Source: Chthonomonadales bacterium (GTDB taxonomy: Bacteria; Armatimonadota; Chthonomonadetes; Chthonomonadales; CAJBBX01). From it: DNA of 64,000 bases. The position numbers and the translations under genes are program-made. How positions within the stretch are numbered: position 1 is the stretch's first letter; each line of letters opens with the position of its first letter. The notes beneath the pieces were generated by a model that was not told where the DNA came from, ran no database searches, and saw only the letters and a list, made by a program, of their open reading frames with translations. Positions 37,216 to 46,226 of the stretch are shown here, in pieces. The stretch covers positions 256,001-320,000 of the forward strand of contig JBBIPC010000001.1 of the NCBI GenBank assembly GCA_037443035.1. Direction: 5' to 3'.

Positions 37216-40002
37216 ATGCGTACCATCGTAGCCCTTGTACCCCTGATGCTGCTTGGCATCCTGGGTCTGCGTAGCGGCGATACCGTCCGCCTGCGGTGCG
37301 ATGCGGACACGAACCTTTCGTCCTACGACAGCGAGAAAGACCTGAACTACGGCGCATCCCCTCGCATACGTCTCAAGGGCATACAGATGCTCGGGCTGTT
37401 CCATTTCGAGACCGGCTCTGTCGCCGGCTCCTTGGTGCGTTCCGCCCGTCTTCACCTACGCTACGCCGGCAATGCCCGCATGCTCCGGACACTTGGGATC
37501 TCGACCGTCACGGCCCCTTGGGAGGAGGGCACAGGTCGCGGTGAACACCACCCAGGGGAACCATCGTTTCAGCAACGCCGCGCGGGACGAGATCCCTGGG
37601 CTCCCACGGCGACCGACTTCGCGGAGGTCATCTTCGAACCTCCTGGTATCTGGGGGTTCGCCGACGCACGCGATGAAGGCGACGGGTGGGTCTCCTGCGA
37701 AGTACCGACGGATGCAGTACAGGCACTCATCGCGGGACTCGCCACAGGTCTCGTGGTAACCGACGAGAAGGGGCAGACAATGGCCAACAACGACGTTTTC
37801 TCGAGGGAACAGGCAGGTTCCGAGCCCTACCTGACGGTTCAGGTGACGGCAGCCCGTTCATCTGCTCCCAGTCCCGTCTCTGACGTGAACGTGGAGCCGC
37901 TGCCGGATACCACGGATGCTCGATACGGCTCTCTTCGGGTCCGATTCAGTGTACCAGAAGGTGCTCTTGGAGTTCGCGCCGCGTGTACGCGACTCGATAG
38001 CGGCGAACGCGTCAAGGAAGACGTCGTCGCCCTCGGTGCCGCTGGAGCCCAGACCTACGTCATCGAGCGTCTTCCACCGGGAACGCGCCTGTCGCTAGCC
38101 CTTACGGCCGTGGGCCCTACTGGCCGTCCAAGCGAGCCCGTGGTGGCCCACGCAGTGACACCGCCCCCTCGCGCCTCAGTGAGGCGGCTTCCCAGAGCGA
38201 GGTTGTTGAGCACGCTTCAGATAGCGCCCTGGCTCCGCTGTGGGGCAGTGGATGTGACTCTCGGGGCGTTCGGAGAAAGGTTCAGCCCCCATGGCGCATC
38301 GCAATCTGCCCGATCCCGCCTCTGGAACGGCAAGGCAGTTGTATTGCAGACCGCGCGAGGCGCAACGGCGCGTGCCGTGCTTGTGGTAAGGTACGCGCCG
38401 CGGACGCACCTATCCTTCGAGGTACGCGTCCGGGGTGGGATCCTAGCACGAACCAGTTATCTTCGACCCATCGATGACGCCGGCCTGAGGCCCGAAGCAT
38501 GCCTGCCCGTCTCTGGGCCGGTAGAACTGGCCAATGGCACCAGCGCTGCCGACTCCCCGTGCTTCCAGCAGTTTCTCGTCGAACTCTGCCCCGCCATGCA
38601 AGCCCAACCGGGTATCCGCCACGGAACACTGGACATCTTCGTCAACGGAAACCGGACCAGATCCATCTCGTTGATGCTGTGGGTACGATCCGCCGTCGTT
38701 CCGGACCGTCCCAGATTCGATCTCAGTCTGAACACGTATGGAAGTCCTGCCCGTGCCATGGGACTGGACCCGGCGACGCGTGAAGGCCTTGCGGCCGAGC
38801 ACGCCTATCATCGGCTGGCCCATGAGAATCGTGGAACGCTGACGCCTCTAGGCTACTCCCACAGCGGCAATGTGGAACCGGGATATGCGCCTCCGACAAC
38901 GGGATCAGGGAGCGCACGTCGTGTCAGCGACTGGGCGGAGTGGGACCGACGGTTTGGACCGCTGCTGGACGGATCTGCCTTCGAGGGCTGCGTAAGGTCC
39001 AGAATTCCGGTGACCCACCTATACCTTCCCTTCCACGAGGCGTGGCCAGAGAACATCAGAGAACACTATGCCTACAAACCTGCCACCCACGAGTACCCGC
39101 AGGTCATCATAGACCACGCTCTCAATGCCGGACCCCTCGATCAGGTTGCGTCCTCGGCTTACGCTGCTGGCATCGAGGCTGTGGTGAGGGATTTCGCGCA
39201 CCACATTCGCGCGCGAGGATGGCGCCAGACGCTGTTCCATTTCTATCTGAACAACAAGTACTACTACAAGGATCCCGCTCTGGGAGGTCGCGGAACCTCG
39301 TGGTGGCTGCTGGACGAGCCGATGCACCGAGACGACTGGTTGGCGCTGGCTTGGTTCGCTCGACGGATGCAGGCGGGTCTGGCAGGCATCGAGGACCACC
39401 GTTTCGTTTTCCGCGAGGATGTCTCGCGACCTCAGTGGCAGCATGACTATCTGGACGGCCTGGTGAATCTCATGGTGGTCAACGACGAACTCTTCCGCAG
39501 GCCGGCGCTCATGCGGCGATTCACCGAGCGTGGGGTCCGCCTCTGGCACTACGGAAGTCCGCCGCCAATTCGCGCGGAGTTGTCCGATTGTGAACTGTGG
39601 CCAGTGCGCGCCTACCTGGCGGGGGCGGATGGGATCGTCCCGTGGCAGACCATTGGACAGAAGGCGAACTACACCACGCCAGAGCCAACGGCATTGATCC
39701 TGCCCTCGCTAGATGAGACCGTGAGGCAGCCCGTCGCCACACTACGGCTGAAAGCCCTTGCCCGCGGCGCTGAGGACGTGGAGCTTCTTCGGCTCCTGGC
39801 GCAGCACAAGGGCTGGGACAGACGCCAGACAGCAGCGGCCGTGGCACCGTTCCTGGAGGACGCCGACCTAGAGGGAATGCGGGCGGCAATCTTCGACGCT
39901 GTAGAGGGCAGCTCTCATGTGCCGAGTGCTCTCAGCCATGCGGCGCACAAATCAGGCCACGTGCGGTTGGCCATGCCCCGTTCCCCGAGACCGAAACCAT
40001 GA
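37216..40002 (+). CDS. Secreted multidomain protein: DNRLRE-like N-terminus plus a DUF4091/GH123-like C-terminal region
   Basis: Signal peptide after a GGAGG RBS; DT.LS...D.NYG, SARLHL, WEEG; WWLLDEP, GADGIVPWQ, TLRLKALARGAEDVELL. Confidence 0.6.
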   Translation: MRTIVALVPLMLLGILGLRSGDTVRLRCDADTNLSSYDSEKDLNYGASPRIRLKGIQMLGLFHFETGSVAGSLVRSARLHLRYAGNARMLRTLGISTVTAPWEEGTGRGEHHPGEPSFQQRRAGRDPWAPTATDFAEVIFEPPGIWGFADARDEGDGWVSCEVPTDAVQALIAGLATGLVVTDEKGQTMANNDVFSREQAGSEPYLTVQVTAARSSAPSPVSDVNVEPLPDTTDARYGSLRVRFSVPEGALGVRAACTRLDSGERVKEDVVALGAAGAQTYVIERLPPGTRLSLALTAVGPTGRPSEPVVAHAVTPPPRASVRRLPRARLLSTLQIAPWLRCGAVDVTLGAFGERFSPHGASQSARSRLWNGKAVVLQTARGATARAVLVVRYAPRTHLSFEVRVRGGILARTSYLRPIDDAGLRPEACLPVSGPVELANGTSAADSPCFQQFLVELCPAMQAQPGIRHGTLDIFVNGNRTRSISLMLWVRSAVVPDRPRFDLSLNTYGSPARAMGLDPATREGLAAEHAYHRLAHENRGTLTPLGYSHSGNVEPGYAPPTTGSGSARRVSDWAEWDRRFGPLLDGSAFEGCVRSRIPVTHLYLPFHEAWPENIREHYAYKPATHEYPQVIIDHALNAGPLDQVASSAYAAGIEAVVRDFAHHIRARGWRQTLFHFYLNNKYYYKDPALGGRGTSWWLLDEPMHRDDWLALAWFARRMQAGLAGIEDHRFVFREDVSRPQWQHDYLDGLVNLMVVNDELFRRPALMRRFTERGVRLWHYGSPPPIRAELSDCELWPVRAYLAGADGIVPWQTIGQKANYTTPEPTALILPSLDETVRQPVATLRLKALARGAEDVELLRLLAQHKGWDRRQTAAAVAPFLEDADLEGMRAAIFDAVEGSSHVPSALSHAAHKSGHVRLAMPRSPRPKP

Positions 40003-40760
40003 GGACCTCGAGCAAATACGTGAAGTTCGCACGGTACGCGTGCTCGTCGGTAGGCTTCGGCCAGTGCCAGGGAGTTACCAACGTCAACGACGTCATCGTC
40101 TGCTCCGTGGACAAGGAAGACGGGAGGTGCGTCGGCATCCACACGCGTCTGCAGGCTCAAAGCCCAGGCCAGCTCCGTCTCTTCGGTAGTCCCCAGGAGT
40201 GCGCCCCGGCAGCCAGAGTGCGCCACCGGCCCGGCCATGGCAACAACTGGGTAGATCATGATGGCGAAATCGGGTCGCTCATCGCTGGAGCCCCGTCCTT
40301 CCGGCAGGAGAGCCGTCATACCAGCCAGATGCCCTCCCGCCGAAAAGCCGAGAACTCCTACCCTCTTCACGCCATGAGCCTTACCACGCTCCCGCAGAAG
40401 TGCAACGGCTCGGCGCGCATCCTGCAGCATGGCTGGATACTGGTATCTCGGAGCCAGCCGGTAGCGCACTACCATGGCCGTGACACCCTCCGACTGCAGC
40501 CACCGACCGATGGGCGCTGCTTCGTGCTCCGCATGTGCCACGTAGCCGCCTCCAGGAAGCACAACTACCGCGCAACCGATCCGCTTGTTCGCTGGAGCGA
40601 TGTACAGCGAACAGGTGGGCACATCCGCCGGTTCAGTCCCGATGGAACCCGGTGCGGGGCCGTCCCAGATCGGTCTCGACGCCCGCTCTTCGGCTCCGTT
40701 GCGAAGCCAGGCATCGCGGACACGCCTTCCCATTTCACGTACGCGCCTGCGGTCGGCCAT
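39915..40760 (-). CDS. Alpha/beta hydrolase (carbohydrate esterase-like)
   Basis: PGGGY oxyanion motif, GFSAGGH nucleophile, PPVFLVH...DD, GPHGFG. Start uncertain (40733-40778). Confidence 0.9.
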   Translation of the reverse strand: MADRRRVREMGRRVRDAWLRNGAEERASRPIWDGPAPGSIGTEPADVPTCSLYIAPANKRIGCAVVVLPGGGYVAHAEHEAAPIGRWLQSEGVTAMVVRYRLAPRYQYPAMLQDARRAVALLRERGKAHGVKRVGVLGFSAGGHLAGMTALLPEGRGSSDERPDFAIMIYPVVAMAGPVAHSGCRGALLGTTEETELAWALSLQTRVDADAPPVFLVHGADDDVVDVGNSLALAEAYRRARVPCELHVFARGPHGFGLGERGMANRTWPDLCAAWLRALGT

Positions 40761-40776
40761 GCAATCGTTCCTTTCC

Positions 40777-41751
40777 ATGCCAAGTTCTGACCCGCTGGTC
40801 GTCCGAGAACGGATTCGCACTGCCGCTCTCGGTATGGGTTTCGACCTTGTAGGGTTCGCTCCTGCTGAACCATCGGCATACGCGGCTGAATTCGACGCTT
40901 GGCTCGCGGCCGGGTACCACGCCGGCATGTCGTACATGGCGCGACGCGCTGAGTGCCGCACGAACATCGCCAAGTGGTATCCGGCCGTCCGCACTGTGAT
41001 CATGGTGGCGGTGAACTACTATGTCCCCATCGTCGTGCGCCCTGGCTGCGTCCGCATTGCACGCTACGCACTGGGCAGAGACTATCATCGGTGGCTGAAA
41101 CGTCGTGTTATCCTGCTCGGTCGGGCGCTCTCTGGCCTCGCTAATGCTCCGGTACAGTGGCGGCCATTCGTAGACACCGCTCCGATCCTCGAACGGGAGC
41201 GGGCCGAACGTGCCGGGCTCGGCTGGATTGGCAAGAACGCCATGCTCATCAACCCACGCATCGGGTCCTACCTGCTCCTCGGTGGCCTCGCTATCGACAT
41301 GGCTGTTCCCCCGGACCCACCTATGCGAGCGCACTGCGGTACATGCACGCGCTGCATGGACGCTTGTCCCACCGGCGCCATCGTCCGTCCGCACGTGGTA
41401 GACGCTCGACGCTGCATCGCCTACCACACCATCGAGTCGCGGGCTCCCATTCCGGACTCGGTAGCCGTAGCGATGGGCGATCGCCTATTCGGTTGTGATA
41501 TCTGTCAAGAGGTCTGCCCCATGAATCGCGAACCCGGCCACGGAGCTCATCCGAACCTCCGACCTGCTCGCGAATCAGCCTGTCAGCCAAGACCGAAGAT
41601 TATCAATCTGCTTGCCCATGAGCTAGTGAACATGGAGGATGAGGACATCCGTGATCTGTTCGCTGGGACGCCCGTGCTGCGTGCAACGCCAGCCTGCATT
41701 CGACGGAGCGCAGCCGCGTTGCTGCGAGTGCACAGTTCCGGTTCAGCCTAA
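40777..41751 (+). CDS. queG: tRNA epoxyqueuosine reductase
   Basis: GYHAGMSYM, IARYALGRDYH, VDTAPILER, GLGWIGKN, CGTCTRCMDACPT, GCDICQEVCP. Confidence 0.95.
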   Translation: MPSSDPLVVRERIRTAALGMGFDLVGFAPAEPSAYAAEFDAWLAAGYHAGMSYMARRAECRTNIAKWYPAVRTVIMVAVNYYVPIVVRPGCVRIARYALGRDYHRWLKRRVILLGRALSGLANAPVQWRPFVDTAPILERERAERAGLGWIGKNAMLINPRIGSYLLLGGLAIDMAVPPDPPMRAHCGTCTRCMDACPTGAIVRPHVVDARRCIAYHTIESRAPIPDSVAVAMGDRLFGCDICQEVCPMNREPGHGAHPNLRPARESACQPRPKIINLLAHELVNMEDEDIRDLFAGTPVLRATPACIRRSAAALLRVHSSGSA

Positions 41752-41762
41752 TGCGTAAGTCA

Positions 41763-41794
41763 GACGGGGGCGACCCGCCTGGGATCGCCCCGTC
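41763..41794. terminator. GC-rich hairpin between the convergent queG and ppdK genes
   Basis: GACGGGGGCGACCC-gcct-GGGATCGCCCCGTC, an imperfect stem with weak U-tracts. Confidence 0.6.
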
Positions 41795-41821
41795 CGTTCA
41801 GGACAGCGCTCCTGCGAGCGC

Positions 41822-44482
41822 CTACTTGTCGCGATCGGCCTTGGCGAGAGCTGCCTGCGCTGCTGCAAGGCGTGCCACTGGCACGCGCTTTGGCGAACAG
41901 CTGACGTAGTTCATGCCGATCATGTGGCAGAACTCGATCGAGTCAGGATCGCCGCCATGCTCACCGCAGATTCCAATCTTGAGGGTTGGGTTGGCGGCCC
42001 TAGCCTCGCGGACGCAGAGATCCATGAGCCGACCCACACCATCCCGGTCAATGGACTCGGTCGGGTCGCCTGGGAAAATCTTCTCTTCCAGGTATAACCG
42101 CATGAACTTCCCGGCGTCATCACGGCTGATACCGTAGGTCATCTGCGTAAGGTCATTGGTGCCGAAGCTGAAGAACGCAGTCTCCGCGGCAATGGCGCCT
42201 GCCGTGAGACAAGCCCGCGGAATCTCGATCATCGTGCCAAACTGGTAGTCCACTTCGACCCCTTCGGCCTCCATCGTCTTCCTGGCCGTCTCTTCCAGGC
42301 GAGACTTCACCCAGGTCAACTCGTTCACATGCCCGACGAGTGGGATCATGATCTCGGGGTGGACGTCCTTGCCGGACTTCTTGACCTCGCATGCGGCGCC
42401 GATGATTGCGGCAACCTGCATTTGCACGATCCCCGGCATGTAGACAGAGAGCCTGCAGCCGCGCAGTCCCAGCATAGGGTTGGCCTCATGCATGCCTCGC
42501 ACGGCCTTCAGCAATGTCTGGAGTTCGGCCAGGCGCGGGTTCGAGGGGTCTGTGCACTCGAGCCGGACGACCTCTTCCAGCAATTCTGCTTCCCGAGGCA
42601 GGAACTCATGCAGCGGTGGGTCAATGAGGCGGATGGTCACGGGCCTGCCGCCCATCGCCTCGAAGATGCCAATGAAGTCCTTGCGCTGCAGGGGCAGCAA
42701 GGCCGCAAGGGCTTCCTCGCGGTCCGCGTCGTTCTCGGCTAGTATCAGCTTGCGAACAAGTGGCACACGATCTCCAAGGAACATGTGCTCGGTGCGGCAC
42801 AGACCGATGCCCTCGGCTCCTTTCTCGACGGCGTCACGTGCCTGCTCAGGCGTGTCCGCGTTGGCACGAACTCCCAGCCTGCGGAACTCATCCGCCCACC
42901 GGAGTACCTCGCCGACTTCGCCGGCGACCTTCGGCGGCTCCGTCGGCAACTTGCCCTTGTAGACGATGCCTTCGGTACCGTCAATGGAGATCCAGTCGCC
43001 TTCCTTCAAGGTGACCCCATGGGCGGTGATAGTCCGTGCTTCATGATCGATCTTGATGTCGCCGCAGCCGCAGATGGTCGGAATACCGAACTGGCGCGCG
43101 ACCAGGGCGGCATGGGAGGTACGTCCGCCCCGGCTTGTCAGTACACCGCGGGAGGCCAGCATCCCGGCCAGATCATCGGGGTTCGTTTCTTCGCGAACTA
43201 GGATAAGATCCACCGATGGGTCTTCCTTGGCCTTGGCCACTGCCGTCGCCGAGTCGAGGACGACCATGCCCGTCGCGGCACCAGGCCCTGCGTTCATGCC
43301 TCGCGCAAGAATACGGTCGGCCGGCTTCTCGGTGAACTGCGGGAACATAGTCTGCTGAAGGCCTTCGGGAGTGATACGCCCGGCGATGGCCTCTTCCTTC
43401 GTAATGAGGCCCTCGTGGACCATGTCTACGGCGATCTTCACCGCCGCGATACCTGTGCGCTTGCCGGCTCGGCACTGGAGGATGAAGAGGCGCCCGTCCT
43501 CGATGGTGAACTCTATGTCCTGCATCTCGCGGTAGTGCTTCTCCAGCGTCTCCGCGATCTTGGCGAACTGATCATAGATGGCGGGATTCTGCTGGGCCAG
43601 TGTCTGGATATCCATGGGGGTCCGCACGCCCGCAACGACATCCTCACCCTGGGCGTTCATCAGGTACTCCCCGTACAGGGCTTTCTCGCCGGTGGCGGGG
43701 TTTCGCGTGAAGGCAACTCCCGTGCCGGAGTTCTCGCCGGTGTTGCCGAAGACCATGGCCTGAATATTCACTGCCGTGCCAAGGTCGTCGCTGATCTTTT
43801 CCCGCTTGCGGTAGACGATGGCGCGCTCATTCATCCACGAAGAGAAGACGGCCTCGATGGCGCCTTCGAGCTGCGCCATGACATCTTGCGGAAAGTCCTT
43901 GCCGGTTCTGGCCTTGGTGTGGGCCTTGAACTGTTCGCAGAGTTCCTTCAGCTCGGCTGCGCCCACTTCGGTGTCCTGCATGACACCCAGCTTAGCTTTG
44001 AGCGCACTCAGCATCTCTTCGTATTCATGCTTCGGCACGCCCATGACGACATCGCTGTACATCATGATTAGGCGGCGATAAGCGTCATAGGCGAAGCGCT
44101 CGTTCTGTGTCCGCGCGATCAGCCCCTGAATGGTCAGATCCGTGAGGCCTAGGTTCAGGATCGTGTCCATCATGCCAGGCATGCTGAACTTCGCCCCTGA
44201 ACGCACAGAGACAAGAAGTGGATTCGCCGGGTCACCGAACTTTCTCCCCAGCGATGCCTCCACGGTAGCCAACGCCTGGCGCACTTCGCCCATAAGGCCT
44301 TCCGGCAGGCGACGACCGTTCTTGTAGTACTCGGTGCACACCTCGGTCGTGATGGTGAAACCTGGCGGGACTGGCAATCCGATGTTCGTCATCTCCGCCA
44401 GGTTGGCGCCCTTGCCTCCCAGGAGATCCCGCATCTTCGCGTTACCTTCATGGAAGAGCCAGACGCGCTTGTTGCTGCTCAT
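41822..44482 (-). CDS. ppdK: Pyruvate, phosphate dikinase
   Basis: LLGGKGANLAEM, SVRSGA..SMPGMMDT, GGRTSHAA (phospho-His), GIGLCRTEHMF, FSFGTNDLTQ, GICGEHGG; AAGGAGGG RBS. Confidence 0.98.
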   Translation of the reverse strand: MSSNKRVWLFHEGNAKMRDLLGGKGANLAEMTNIGLPVPPGFTITTEVCTEYYKNGRRLPEGLMGEVRQALATVEASLGRKFGDPANPLLVSVRSGAKFSMPGMMDTILNLGLTDLTIQGLIARTQNERFAYDAYRRLIMMYSDVVMGVPKHEYEEMLSALKAKLGVMQDTEVGAAELKELCEQFKAHTKARTGKDFPQDVMAQLEGAIEAVFSSWMNERAIVYRKREKISDDLGTAVNIQAMVFGNTGENSGTGVAFTRNPATGEKALYGEYLMNAQGEDVVAGVRTPMDIQTLAQQNPAIYDQFAKIAETLEKHYREMQDIEFTIEDGRLFILQCRAGKRTGIAAVKIAVDMVHEGLITKEEAIAGRITPEGLQQTMFPQFTEKPADRILARGMNAGPGAATGMVVLDSATAVAKAKEDPSVDLILVREETNPDDLAGMLASRGVLTSRGGRTSHAALVARQFGIPTICGCGDIKIDHEARTITAHGVTLKEGDWISIDGTEGIVYKGKLPTEPPKVAGEVGEVLRWADEFRRLGVRANADTPEQARDAVEKGAEGIGLCRTEHMFLGDRVPLVRKLILAENDADREEALAALLPLQRKDFIGIFEAMGGRPVTIRLIDPPLHEFLPREAELLEEVVRLECTDPSNPRLAELQTLLKAVRGMHEANPMLGLRGCRLSVYMPGIVQMQVAAIIGAACEVKKSGKDVHPEIMIPLVGHVNELTWVKSRLEETARKTMEAEGVEVDYQFGTMIEIPRACLTAGAIAAETAFFSFGTNDLTQMTYGISRDDAGKFMRLYLEEKIFPGDPTESIDRDGVGRLMDLCVREARAANPTLKIGICGEHGGDPDSIEFCHMIGMNYVSCSPKRVPVARLAAAQAALAKADRDK

Positions 44483-44544
44483 CTGCAAAGCCCTCCTTGC
44501 TCGTGGTCATCGTTCTGCTTTCGCGTCACGAGCCAAACCCCGTC

Positions 44545-44553
44545 ATTGTACCA
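44545..44553 (-). promoter_or_regulatory. Extended -10 element upstream of ppdK
   Basis: Minus strand TG-G-TACAAT. A divergent TATAAT for def lies at 44624-44629. Confidence 0.45.
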
Positions 44554-44652
44554 CGAGGTCTCCCCGCATACGGCCTTTGCGGGGTCTTCCGGCGTCAGAG
44601 AAACTACTGCTCTCGTACAGCGGTATAATGAGCCAGGAGCGCGTTCCAGAAT

Positions 44653-45231
44653 ATGGGCGATAACGGACACAAAGGCAGCCTTACCATCATCGTTCCCGAG
44701 CATATTGCGAAGCTCTGGCCGACACGCTGCCAGACTATCGTCAAGCTCGGCGATCCTGCCCTGCGTGCAGTGTCCCAGCCAGTTGGCAAACCCAGCCCGG
44801 AGATCCGCAAGTTGGTGGAACGCATGAAGAGCGCCATGCGGGAGGACAATGGCATTGGCCTCGCCGCGCCCCAGGTCGGCGTGAACCTGCGTGTTATCAT
44901 CTACCGCTTGCCTGAGGAGAATGCGCCGCTACGGGTCATCCTCGACCCTCGCATCGTCCATGCCAAGGGAGAACAGACCGGCATAGAGGGGTGTTTGTCG
45001 TTGCCTTACCTTCACGGCGAAGTAACCCGAGCCAGAGAGATAATGGTAAGAGGCACCGACATGCTAGGGCGTGCTGTTCGGCGCCGAGCGACGGACCTCG
45101 AGGCTCGAGTAATCCAGCACGAAATCGATCATCTCGACGGGATCCTATTCATTGATCGGGCCAACCCGGAAACGTTACATTGGGCCATCCCCGAGTCCGA
45201 GCTCGTGGGTGCTGGCGCGGGTGACGACTAG
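44653..45231 (+). CDS. def: Peptide deformylase
   Basis: GIGLAAPQVG, EGCLS, QHEIDHLDG. Confidence 0.97.
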   Translation: MGDNGHKGSLTIIVPEHIAKLWPTRCQTIVKLGDPALRAVSQPVGKPSPEIRKLVERMKSAMREDNGIGLAAPQVGVNLRVIIYRLPEENAPLRVILDPRIVHAKGEQTGIEGCLSLPYLHGEVTRAREIMVRGTDMLGRAVRRRATDLEARVIQHEIDHLDGILFIDRANPETLHWAIPESELVGAGAGDD

Positions 45232-45245
45232 CGCGAATCCGTTCG

Positions 45246-46217
45246 ATGCACCCCCGAGTAATGCGCTGTGTCTTCTTTGGCACGTCCGACTTCGCCGCTA
45301 CGATACTCCGTCGATTGACGCTGGCTCCTGAAATCGCCGTCGTAGTTGCCGTCACGCAGCCGGATCGTCCGCAGGGCCGTGGACGCCGTCTTGCAGAGCC
45401 TCCGGTAAAGTCAGCCGCCACCGAGCTGCACATCTCGGTACTACAGCCGGAGAAGCTGCGTAGCCGCCGGCTCCGTGGTATGCTGGAAGACCTCGCACCG
45501 GACTTCTTCGTCGTGGCAGCCTATGGACGCATCCTGCCGGCATCGCTGCTGTCCGTTCCTGTCGTCGCGCCCGTGAATGTCCACGCATCCCTTCTTCCCC
45601 GCTATCGGGGCGCAGCGCCCATCCAGCGAGCTCTACTCGATGGCGAGACCGTTACGGGTGTTACGACCATTTGGATGAACGAGCGCATGGACGAGGGAGA
45701 CATTCTCCTCAAGGAGGAGCTAGAGATCCTGCTGGACGACAACGCTGCCAGCCTGACGGCACGCCTTGCAGACGTCGGAGCAGAGCTGACGCTCAGTACC
45801 CTCATCGGCTTGGGCCATGGTAGGCTCGTGAGGACGCCACAGGACCATACCGAAGCCACTTACGCGCCCCCGATCACGCCGGAGGATACCGTCATTCGCT
45901 GGCACGAGACGGCTCTTGGTTGCCACAACCGGATCCGCGCCATGTCGCCGCGCCCTGGTGCTCTTGCCTGGTACGGCGGCCGTCGGCTGAAGGTGTTGGC
46001 AAGCTCGCTACCCTCGGAAGCGGCCAAACCGTGTGCGGAACCTGCAACGGTGATTTCCATAACGAACTGGGCTGTACGTGTGGCTACTGGCAGCGGTCCC
46101 ATAGATCTTGTCACGGTCCAGCCGGAAGGTTCTCGCGTCATGTCCGGGGCCGAATGGGCGCGAGGCGCCCGCCTTCGCGCCGGCGACCAGCTGGACGCTC
46201 CATTGATTGGTAAGTAG
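45246..46217 (+). CDS. fmt: Methionyl-tRNA formyltransferase
   Basis: FFGTSDFA, VTQPDRPQGRG, AAYGRILP, NVHASLLPRYRGAAPIQ, MDEGD. Confidence 0.97.
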   Translation: MHPRVMRCVFFGTSDFAATILRRLTLAPEIAVVVAVTQPDRPQGRGRRLAEPPVKSAATELHISVLQPEKLRSRRLRGMLEDLAPDFFVVAAYGRILPASLLSVPVVAPVNVHASLLPRYRGAAPIQRALLDGETVTGVTTIWMNERMDEGDILLKEELEILLDDNAASLTARLADVGAELTLSTLIGLGHGRLVRTPQDHTEATYAPPITPEDTVIRWHETALGCHNRIRAMSPRPGALAWYGGRRLKVLASSLPSEAAKPCAEPATVISITNWAVRVATGSGPIDLVTVQPEGSRVMSGAEWARGARLRAGDQLDAPLIGK

Positions 46218-46226
46218 GGCCGGCTT

